DNA from: Lepidodermella squamata
Taxonomy: Eukaryota > Animalia > Gastrotricha
DNA: 64,000 nucleotides
Reading direction: 5' to 3'
Assembly: GCA_047495785.1 (NCBI GenBank)
Contig: JBLDXI010000015.1
Coordinates: forward strand, 3,472,001 to 3,536,000
Shown: one piece after another, positions 35,301 through 45,337 of the stretch
Layout: the number at the start of each line of letters is the position of its first letter
Numbering within the stretch: the first letter of the stretch is position 1
Notes under the pieces: generated by a model
What the model saw: only the letters and a program-made list of their open reading frames with translations
What the model was told of the DNA's origin: nothing
The model's database searches: none
Program-made: the position numbers and the translations under genes

Positions 35301-37129
35301 CTAGTCAACCGCAGTCCAAGCGGATGACGATGGTCAAGTCACGCAACGTCATACCGGTACAAATTTGTCGTAATAGCATCGACTCATCGGCGTAGTAATA
35401 GTAATAGTCATCTTCTTACCTTGCCTGGCTCGCGACACTTCCTGCTCGTACTCGTTGATTCGGCGACGCAGTTCGTTCTTTTCGCGTTCGGCCGCTTCCA
35501 TCGCTTCTTTGGCCAGGCGCAGCTGTTCCCTAGATTCAAAAATACATTCAGATTAGAACCAAAAATAAACACGCCAGTGCACATTTTTTTAGCCTAATAA
35601 ATTCATAAAATTACGACTGGTCTAAGATTTTTTCAAACGTGTTGACCCATTTTTCTAATTATCAAAATATATAAAATCCGCCTTAATATTAGCTTCGAAG
35701 GCTTTTAACGCACACGAGACATCCTTGAGGTGGGCAGGTTCGGAAATTTGACCCTGAATTTGACATTCCACGCCTAAATCCGGTGTTTTCAAATTTGGTC
35801 CTCGAGCTAACAAATTTTCATAAATAGGATCTTAAACTTGAATTATAAGCTATCTAAAATTTTAAATCGGAGGCCTCTATTTTGCATAGTTATGTGGTAT
35901 ATTGTCATTTTTCACTCATTAACTTATTTTTCAACTTGTTTGATAGAATTTTTAGGGTTAGGGTTAGAGGTGGTTTTTGGGTAATTTCAGAATAAATTTG
36001 TAAAATAGTTTAAAAATGCCCCATAATTATGCACAAATATTCACACCCTTAATTAATTTTCCTTGAAATTAAAAAATGATTTTGATGAAAAAATTGATGA
36101 TTTGACATCAATTTCCTTGGAGCAAAAACTTAAATCTACGAAATTTCTTGCCACCTTGAAAACTCACTTTTGGGATTGTTTGCGCTCTTTCTCTTCCCGA
36201 GCTCGTTGTTTCATCTCTTGGACTTCGATAGTGTCGGCCCGCCGTCTTCGCATGTACAATTCGTGGTTGCCCATGCACAACGCGAGGATGCGCTTGTTAA
36301 CGCGCAGGCGTTCGGCGTAGAAGATGAAATCCGGCGATCGCTTGTCCGTTGGCTTAATCGTAAACTTCCGGTCCGAAAATGAAATGTTGCGAATTTCACT
36401 CCACGGAAAACCAACTGACGGGTTCAGTTTATTGTTTTTCTGATAGATATTAATGCCCATGGCGTCGATGCCGAGCAGCAATTCCGTGTTTTTGCGATTT
36501 TTAATCGGGAAATAATTCACGCCGTACATTTCGAGCTCTTGGGCGATTTTCAAGTACTCCATCATCGCCTCGTCCCGGTCCATGCCGTGATGCTCCGCCC
36601 AGAATTTGTGCAGTTTCGCGACGAATTGCTCCGGTGCCATTTGGTACTGCTCGATGACGCGTTTCGGTAGGAAACGCTCAGGCGCGATGGGCCTTTCGGC
36701 GACTGAGCGAGGGTCGAAGTCGCCGCGGAGTGCTTGGGCGGCGAGGGAGGCCAACAAAATGGCGGTTTCAGGCGGGCAGAACACTTCATCACTGACTATA
36801 GACTCCATGACTTGGAGGAAAAACAAGCGTTGAGTAACTTCCATAATCAACTCATCGGCAACATCTTCCGGGTAAAATTTGACACGAAAACGAAATTTGA
36901 AGGGCGTTTCTTTCTTCAGGTCGTGGCTGAGGACTTTCTTGTTGAGTTTGAGCCAACCGTCGTCGTTTTTCCGGTCTTCGTACTTGAGGCCGAAGAACCA
37001 CACCTCGCGGAGGCCGATCATTTTGGCGACCTGGTCGAAGAGTTGGCGACCGGTGGTGCTTGGCTGGATCGAGAACTCCAATTCGGCGTCCATCGTCGTG
37101 ACGAGGACGTTGACCTGGCGGGCGGACAT
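32343..37129 (-). CDS. ERM family protein (moesin/ezrin/radixin homolog); core exons 37129-36168, 35529-35420, 34859-34384, 32744-32343, with a possible 72-nt cassette exon 33600-33529
   Basis: FERM domain [12 protein letters not shown]...[10 protein letters not shown]...KFYPEDV...[17 protein letters not shown]...[12 protein letters not shown]...[19 protein letters not shown]; E/R/Q coiled coil; [32 protein letters not shown] with the regulatory Thr. Confidence 0.96.
34933..35080 (-). CDS. Second candidate alternative first (or cassette) exon of ERM encoding [49 protein letters not shown]
   Basis: 148-nt open, GC-richer segment ending GAA G|gttcaa (phase 1), followed by a typical 73-nt AT-rich intron to the acceptor at 34860. 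Confidence 0.6.
35197..35233 (-). CDS. Candidate alternative first exon of ERM encoding [12 protein letters not shown]
   Basis: aataATG GCA TGC TGC TTT CCG AAG CGT CGG CGC CGC AGA G|gtaata: 37 nt, phase-1 donor matching the phase-1 acceptor of the ERM exon at 34859. Confidence 0.6.
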
Positions 37130-38510
37130 TTTTCAACACGAAAAATCAGTGACAGAGTAATAGAATTTAAAATAACACAAAAACTAGTCTGAAACAGCAA
37201 CGTGATGATGACGCCATTAAAACGACGCTATTAATTTGCAAGCCAACACAATTTCAGTATATGGGCGCGTAAAGCAAATATACGAGCTCGCGTGTCACCC
37301 CCTCCTATCCACCTTAATGGTGATGGGCAGGCTCATCTTCGCCCCGCTCACAATAAACAACACCGGTGCGAAATTTCACGGCCAATAAAGTTCGCACAGC
37401 ATTGTATGTATGTGTGTGATAAAGGCGCGAGTCGCTGAAATTTTCTTCCGAACAACGCGCCGTGACCGCCTTGAAACAATGGCGCGAGGCCAAACCGTCG
37501 AAGCAATAATAACAATAATAATAATATAGTAGTAATCCGGAAGTGCAGGCGCGATGCGCATTTCACCTCCCAGCTATTACTACAACGTGAGCAAGCGTCT
37601 TCCCGTCTACACAAAAACGGGGCCGCATAATAATTAGTAGTGGCGATGATGAGCTAAGCGGCGCACGTATTTTAGCATAAAAATTCAACAAGCAAAGAGC
37701 ACTGTAAAAATTCCACCTTAATAAAATCGTAATCTTAACAAAATGCAAATAAAGTGTAAACACAACTCTACTACAACTACTGCTCCACTTCAGTCAAGAA
37801 ACGAATTCATTGCTAGTGAAGCATGAAAAAACCGACAAGCGATATGAGAGAAAAATATATCGCCGTTATTAATAGCCGAATATAAATTTTTCAGCGTCCG
37901 ACACACCTACTCTCGGACCGGCAACTATTACTGCCCGATTTTCGGGTTTGCGATAAGACCGCCGCCCCCTCTCCCAACAAAATACATCTAGTGCATTGCG
38001 GCTCGTGTGAAATTAACGACATACACTAGCGACCAGTCGGTTTCGTATTTCACACCAACACGCCGGTAAAACATGCGTTTATTGTTTATTAACACAAGTG
38101 GAGAGAACCCAATACACTATCCGCCCCTTTTTCGCCCAAGATAAGACTGGTCATGCTTCTCTACCAAGAAATTGCGTCTCAGTGGCAACGGCTACTAATT
38201 GCAAAAAAAAAGCATCACTCACCTGCTTTCGCGACATCTTCGTTTGGCACTCAGCAAGCAATCAGTATTTAAGTTTTTAAAAAACCTAATTAAGAAAACA
38301 AATTCAATATTATAATCAATTATTCTGCTCTATGATCAGACAAGAACAAGTCAAAAGAATTACAAAAGACACATTGATCTACAAGCGATAGATTTATAAC
38401 ACAACATTTTGTGAGCGATTGAAATCTTCTGTTTGAGAGAAAGAATCGTCGTCGTAGCGGGCATCGGAAAACATGGAATAAAAGTTGCGTAGTGATATTG
38501 CACAGGACGC

Positions 38511-38750
38511 TCAATCTTTCTTGAGCTCGACCACAGGTGTCATTTCTTCGCGCCAAGCCTTCCGAACGAACATAAATAGCACGATGTGGACGGCGAATAC
38601 AGCTACTCCAGCAGCATAAATAGAGTTATTCACTCCATTCGGATACCAATCATCGAAGACGAAGTTCTTCGAGACGAAAAAACTGACCAAAGGAAAAGTC
38701 ATCATCAAAATAGAGTATTTGACGAGGGTTGCAACGTAGGTCTCGACCAT
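38511..38750 (-). CDS. VMA21: V-ATPase assembly factor VMA21, intronless, 79 aa
   Basis: Two TM helices (LVKYSILMMTFPLVSFF; SIYAAGVAVFAVHIVLFMFVRKAWRE) and a C-terminal KKD di-lysine-type end typical of VMA21. Confidence 0.9.
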   Translation of the reverse strand: MVETYVATLVKYSILMMTFPLVSFFVSKNFVFDDWYPNGVNNSIYAAGVAVFAVHIVLFMFVRKAWREEMTPVVELKKD

Positions 38751-41006
38751 TTTTCCGATTAAAATCTATGAAATTCCATAACAATAGAACAAATAAAAAA
38801 AGAAATTTGTATCATAACAACCGCAATATCATTGAACAGTCCGTAATCAAAAACAAATTCCGCAGCTCATCCATGTCAAGTGAAAAGCATTCTGGCAATA
38901 ATTTAAACGCAAAAATACACGAGATGATGCGCCAGCTGCCAAGGCCTCGTTTTCACCAACTCCGCGCATTTGAATTTGATTCACGTAACGTGGAAAGCGC
39001 ATTCAGATTAGCGCAACGATACATAACACGAGGTAATTAGTCCGGAGATCCTAACTCAATTTTAAGCTCGTATCAAACGCCTGATCTCTCGCTGGTCTGA
39101 AAAACTATAAAGCGCGCTTTCAGAACGACACTTCACATGACAATTGTGTTACAAATTTGAGGTTAATCCGGACATTGAGAAACAATAAGATGACTTTTGC
39201 CATTGTGCAGGTCTAATTGCGCATATCGCTTGATCTTGGCAAATGAAAGGGGATAATAATGACGTTATGCATTAAACAGAACCAATACGGATTGACCACT
39301 GAATATTAATCAGACCAGCTGCTAAATGCAATACGGAAAGTAATCATTGAAACCGACTCTAATAATGGCACAAGAAAAATCAGTGATCATATGTAAGTAC
39401 TGCATATGATTATAAAAAGCCAAGCTGTGAACTGGATTTCACGGCAGACGTTTTTTTAGGAGATGACTCAAATAAATGGTAGAAAGTAGAAATAATTCAA
39501 TCAACACTCAAAGATACAAGGCCGTTTCAAAGCAAATACTTTTTCAGCACTGGACCATTCATCTGTCGCCTAGCTCATTAAAAAAATATTCCATGGCATG
39601 GATGTATTGGTTAACCATTGGAAACGCAAACCCCCCTAAATCGAAAAGTTAACTGAAACATGGTAAATAAAATTATAAACGATAAAAAGCAATTTCTAAG
39701 CGGACTACAATATGATTTATGATGTACGCCATCTCGATCACCCGCATTTAAACCAAGTTATAATAACTCATCTCCTGTTAGCTAACACTTCACTCTTCAC
39801 ATTAGTTCAGCAGAACTGCTATCAGTGTCTAGCGAGGCTCATGACTCAATACGAGAACTTCATTTTCGAAGGCCATCTCAATCATCGCCGCTCAAAAAAC
39901 TTATTAATGCACTATATTGCGCACCACCGAGGCAGTGTCGTAAATAGAGGGTAGAAGGTTTTCGTTTCTAAATCCGGTCTTCTCCTCCCAAAGGGTAATA
40001 GTCGCCATGCCGTGTACAAAAGGGGACTTTTCCGCTTTTTCCAAGAGCACGCATCTTCAAACAAAGCCGGTTGCCAAGACCCAAGACATGCATGACTACG
40101 ATTTACGATTTCCCCCTTTCCTCGCCCACAGTGATACAGAGCTAAGGAGGCAAAATTGCGAGGCGGCTCTCAATTCTAGCTTTTCCTAGCTCCTGGAACC
40201 TGGAACTTCATAATTTAGGGTCTGCATTCTGCATCTTCAGAGCCTCATGGCCCTAGGTCTGAAACTGAACACAATTTGTCATTATTAACACTTCAAGAGC
40301 TGTCTCCGCTCCAGTGGGCGCAGAGATGGGCCTGGTGAGTCCTGGCGGCACTCAGTAGCAACAAACAACGACAGAAATCAAAATCTATTTACGGCTGTTG
40401 ATCTGGCATCGCGGAAATAAGAATGAGGCGATGCAATCCCGTTTACTGTAGAACGAATGAGGTTGCTACCGGTAGTTTTTCGTAACAACTAGCGACAATA
40501 TGTCATTCAGTGAAGAAGGATTATCTGCGATCTGCGATGCGACAAAATTTGAACGCAAGAATACTTATTGAAAAGCCCGTTAAGCAATGCGATTGCCGGG
40601 TGGAAAAAGATCGAGGACAGGCCAACGGAGCCAACGGCCGCTTCGAGAAAACCGACTCTTGACTGGAAGCAAACAAGCAACGCGCGAACTTTTTTAAAAT
40701 TTTTGCAAGACAATAATTATTGTATTGTCAAACACATAATATGGCGCATTTTTATTTCTGATTACTAGTAATTCATATTCAAGGTCTTTTGCGTCATCTT
40801 GGGCGGGCAAACATTTTTTTTGGGCCACATTTCTCGTTTGAAGATGAAGTCCTTTTCATTGAGCTGCTGAGTCGTTTCCTGTTTGCTGCCGGCCTTCAAG
40901 TGTGGGACTAATTTTGAGTGTGATTTGCTCATCGATGACAAAGTACTGAGGAATTGCTCTATTGAATTCATTCGCCACGAATCTCGTGATTCAGTCACCG
41001 TCGAAG

Positions 41007-41963
41007 ATGAACTATACCGAGGGCGTCAATGCTGAAGTTCGGGCTTTATTACAACTGCATCTTCCAGCAGCGCTAAATGAGTTGGAGAATTACATTCTGG
41101 AAACATGCCGGTATTTTGATGTAAAAATACCGGGCCTTAGCGGCTCCGACATGATACACCGCCAAGCGCCGGTTTATTTGCAAGGTCAGCAAAATCAATC
41201 GCATTGTTCCGTCAAATGTGACGGAGTTCTTTTTGGCGCCGAGCTATCCGAAGCCAAAATAACAATTCAGCTTCCAAGGACAGGGAAATCGGCTACTCTT
41301 GCTACCTACCACACAACGATATCTCACGATAGCCCTTATAGGCTGGAGCAACTTCAGGATGCTGGTAATTATATTGCGTCAGCTCTTGCTATTATTCGTT
41401 CTCGGGACCGTTGTCCGAATATTTCCGGAATAACATCGAAGACGACTGGTGTAATAATCACAAGCTCGTCAGTTAGTCCGCCACTATTCGCTTCGTTGGC
41501 TGATGCTTCGGCATTCCTAAACAAGATTCTTCAGTTGTTAATGCGAGGCTTGAACACACTTTGCGCTCCTCCTAACATGCGTCTTACTTCTACTGGCCTA
41601 GTCTCATTAAAGTCGAAGCCTTTAAACCCCCCATTGCCGGATGATTTATGTATTTCATTTCACATTCAAACGGAGAAGTTGGTTCTTACTCTTTATCAAA
41701 TTCCTAGCGCTGTCGTAGCGCAGGCTTTGGCAAGTCAGCAGCGTAAGAATGCAATGGCCATGCAGGCACTACCTCAACCTGTACCAATCGCACCTTCCAT
41801 TCGTCTTCATGTCGATACATCCGTGCCGCATTTGGAACGGCTCATCGCGGAATACAGGCGCGCTGTTGCCGCCTGCCATTCTCTCGTTGATAAAGTTTCT
41901 ATCCTTAGTCAATATACCGACGGAGTGGCAGAAGTGACTCAGTCAGAAATCGTCGCTATGTAA
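41007..41963 (+). CDS. ROGDI: Rogdi (leucine-zipper protein, Rav2-like), intronless, about 318 aa from ATG 41007
   Basis: EVRALLQLHLPAALNELENYILET; VKCDGVLFGAELSEAKITIQLPR; YRLEQLQDAGNYI; LNPPLPDDLCISFHIQTEKLVLTLYQ; VPHLE...CHSLVDKVSI match Rogdi family motifs. The ORF-track start at 40962 is TTG. Confidence 0.88.
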   Translation: MNYTEGVNAEVRALLQLHLPAALNELENYILETCRYFDVKIPGLSGSDMIHRQAPVYLQGQQNQSHCSVKCDGVLFGAELSEAKITIQLPRTGKSATLATYHTTISHDSPYRLEQLQDAGNYIASALAIIRSRDRCPNISGITSKTTGVIITSSSVSPPLFASLADASAFLNKILQLLMRGLNTLCAPPNMRLTSTGLVSLKSKPLNPPLPDDLCISFHIQTEKLVLTLYQIPSAVVAQALASQQRKNAMAMQALPQPVPIAPSIRLHVDTSVPHLERLIAEYRRAVAACHSLVDKVSILSQYTDGVAEVTQSEIVAM

Positions 41964-42288
41964 TATTGAGTGATACACTGATTTTGCTTTCTCTATTCGG
42001 TGTCCTTTTTCCCCGAGTCTTGATTGTGACCATTGGTACTGATAGCTACTCATTTGATATCGACGGGATTGACAACATATGTATCACTCCATGTACAAAT
42101 AAATTTTAATTTCAAGCTCTCAGTTGAAATCCGCAAATGTGAACTGTAATGTCTTTGCAATTTCCATTGCATGAATTAACCTTGTCAAGTGCAATTTTCG
42201 CGACGTTTTATTTTGAACTGCCGTAAATATTAAAAAACAGTCGATCTATATTGTTTTATTTTTAAACTATAGGAAGTTTATTATCAAG

Positions 42289-43035
42289 ATGTTGCGACTA
42301 AACGCACTATCTCGATCTGGCAAGTCCTTATTCTCGCTGCTTCGCCGAAATATGTTTGTCCAGGTTCAAGACACCCCGAATCCGAATAGCCTGAAGTTCT
42401 TGCCTGGCACTAAAATTTTGGAATCGGCAAAGACCATCAATTTCCCAGATATAAAAGCGGCAAGGAGTTCTCCTCTTGCAAAGCGTATCTTTCAAGTTGA
42501 CGGCGTGACAGGAGTTTTTCTCAGCCAAGATTATGTTACGGTAACGAAAGACGATGACTCTGAATGGAACGTTATCAAGCCTCAAATTTTCGCTACGATA
42601 ATGGATCATTTCAGCAGCAATACTCCCGCCGTTCTCGAAAAGGAAGAAGAAGTCAAAGCGCATCCTCAGAGTGACGACCCCGTCGTAGAAATGATTTTAG
42701 AACTCCTCGACACTAGAATTCGACCAACTGTTCAAGAAGATGGTGGCGATATTGAATTCGAAGAGTGGGATGCCGATAACGGAATAGTCAGACTTCGCCT
42801 CCAAGGCGCATGTACCGGTTGCCCGTCATCATTAGTCACGCTGAAAAGCGGCATCGAACAAATGTTGAAATTCTATATCCCGGAGGTTAAAAGCGTCGAA
42901 CAGGTCGCTGCTGATGCTGATAAGCCAGCAATTAAAGACAAAGAAGGCAATGTGAAAAAACATCCAATTGATGAAGAGTTTGAAAAACTCGAGCAAAATA
43001 TTCGCGTGAGACATAATCCACAGAGCAGCGATTAA
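42289..43035 (+). CDS. NFU1: NFU1 mitochondrial iron-sulfur cluster scaffold, intronless, 248 aa
   Basis: Presequence, then MFVQVQDTPNPNSLKFLPG, SPLAKRIF, ELLDTRIRPTVQEDGGDI, GACTGCPSSLVTLKSGIEQMLKFYIPEV. Confidence 0.96.
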   Translation: MLRLNALSRSGKSLFSLLRRNMFVQVQDTPNPNSLKFLPGTKILESAKTINFPDIKAARSSPLAKRIFQVDGVTGVFLSQDYVTVTKDDDSEWNVIKPQIFATIMDHFSSNTPAVLEKEEEVKAHPQSDDPVVEMILELLDTRIRPTVQEDGGDIEFEEWDADNGIVRLRLQGACTGCPSSLVTLKSGIEQMLKFYIPEVKSVEQVAADADKPAIKDKEGNVKKHPIDEEFEKLEQNIRVRHNPQSSD

Positions 43036-43107
43036 TTAAGCCCTGTGCTATTTATAGATAAATTTTCCCCATTTTAATTGTTTATTCGTTGTTTTTAGGG
43101 TTTTATT

Positions 43108-44481
43108 ATGGGCCTTTGTCCATCTGCAGCTGCGTTCCGATCATCCTCGTCAACTGGTGCTTCGTCCTCAGCTTCGCAGAGCCCTGTCTCTCGATTCTCA
43201 GTGGTTAATGTTGACGAATTCGGCCATGATGGTTCGAAAGGCGTACTCGAAATTTACCACGATGTGATAGTTTTAAGGCGGCGGCATACTTCAAATGTCA
43301 CATGGCCGCTGAAATCATTGCGGCGTTACGGCTGTAACGAAGATTTATTCACATTCGAAAGCGGCCGTCAGTGCGATACTGGTCCTGGTGTTTTCGCATT
43401 CCGCCTCAAGCGGCCCGAAAAGCTATTTGCTCTCGTGAAACAGATAATCGAATCCGAAGCTCAAGCCCTGATCGAAGGGACCCGGCGCGGGCAGCAAAAC
43501 GGTGTTAGCACATCTGATGTAGGAATTGTTCTCACTCCGAGTGATGGCGCTGATAGTGGCATTGGTGGAGGAAATTACGTCAACTCGACTTCACCGGCTT
43601 CTCGCCCTTCGTTGCTCACGTTGAGCCGCATGCCAACAACTAACCAAAGCGCGTCGAGTAGTGAGCAGGCGCCAGCAGCCCCGTCAGACCCTGCCGGGTT
43701 TCCAAATCACCTCGAATTTATCGAACCTTCTTCTCGATATGTGACAACTCCCCCTGATGAAAAGCCTCATGTAAGTCGATTTCGAAACGTAAATAACATG
43801 TTATTCAAAGCTTTTTCATTTCGATCTCATTTTCTGCTAAAAATTTCTAATTGGAACTGAAATTTCTCGCGAGGGAGGATCGTTTAAACTAATGGCTTAT
43901 ATGAAATCGACTTCTCTATTAATTAATGGGAATTTTATGTTTAACAGTCGACTTCACGATCTAATCGCCCTGCGCCTCTTAATCTCCTTCAGCCGTTATA
44001 CACTAATCAGCCCGCTGTAAAGCCTCAGGTTGGTAATTCGAATTCGTTTCAGTGAAATCATGAGTTTTTTTTAAATTTTTTTTAGCATCCGCCTCGCTGG
44101 GACTACGTCGATTTGGCCGAACCGACGCCAAACACCCCTCAATCTGCAAATGGCAATGCCCCTGTTGTGATCGGTGGTACGAAATCGATGAGTAGCGTGA
44201 GGTCAACTACGGCGTCGAATTCAGACGCCTCGACCCACTACACCCAGGTCGACATTCCTCGAACAGACGCTATTCGAAACGCGTCAACAGCTGCACCCAG
44301 TTCAGCGGCCCTGCACAGCGCGGCAGGCAGTCATGCCAGCGGAGCGTTCAACTTGCCTTCAGTGAACGGCTCTCGGGCGACCTCTTCGTCGGCCTCGATA
44401 AACAACGCGACCTCGCCTCCTAATAGTGGCAATCATCGTCCTCTGCCGGCCGTCTCTAAGTCGGTCCGCGGTTCTGATTAG
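43108..44481 (+). CDS. FRS2: FRS2/FRS3-like lipid-anchored docking protein (IRS-type PTB); exons 43108-43770, 43948-44028, 44086-44481
   Basis: MGLC N-terminus (myristoylation/palmitoylation-like); PTB FSVVNVDEFG...WPLKSLRRYGCNEDLFTFESGRQCDTGPGVFAF; Grb2-type YVN and YTN and SHP2-type YVDL and YTQV tyrosine motifs in a low-complexity tail; phase-0 GT-AG introns. Confidence 0.85.
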
Positions 44482-45337
44482 CAATCGAATGTCTCCTCCA
44501 CCATATAAATTGTACCTATGTTTATATTTACAAACGTGAAAAAGACTCGCACCGTCGATCATCGAAGATCTGGTTCTCATATTGTTGCTACCGTAAAATC
44601 AAGGAGAAAAGGCCACTTTATATTATATTTCACAAATATATCTTTATTGCTTAAATCTTCCATATTTCTCCGGTTTTAATACATTTAAGGAGTATTACGC
44701 CTTAAAAACAGGACGTTGAGTTGTTGGCTTGTTTATTATTCAAGTATTGTTGAAGTTTAGCGCTTCCGGGATCACCGCAAATTTTTTATCGATTATTACT
44801 ATAGTGGCTAGTGTGTATACTTTTTTGGAATAATACAACGAAACCGGGGTATTTTGCGCGTTTACATGTATTATTATTATCATTATTTTGAAAAAATGGA
44901 CAACGTGTATCGTCTTTCCTTTGACAGCGATAAAAAGAATTGAGCATAAAGACATTCGATAAGTTGTGGTTTGAATTTTTAGCCAACTCTTGACTTCCAA
45001 GAATTTTTATTCTTAATTTTTATCACGTGTTATTATTATTATCTGCTGAAATATCCTCCGAAAATTGTTGACTGCTTGTTTGATTGACTGCTTGCTCTCG
45101 GAATGCTCTATCCTCCGAAAACATTGTTTTACAGCTGCTGATTTTTCTTTATTTGTTGCGATCGCTCTGAGTTGAAAATCTGATCAGATCGATGAAATTG
45201 TTTTACTGTAAAAGTGAAAATATGCTAATAATAATAATAACATTATTCTGCCAGCGGAAGTAAAATGAAGCAAAAATTGTGGGCATAACTATAGTGTAAT
45301 CATGTTGTCATAGATTGTATAATATCCGGAGTGAAAA

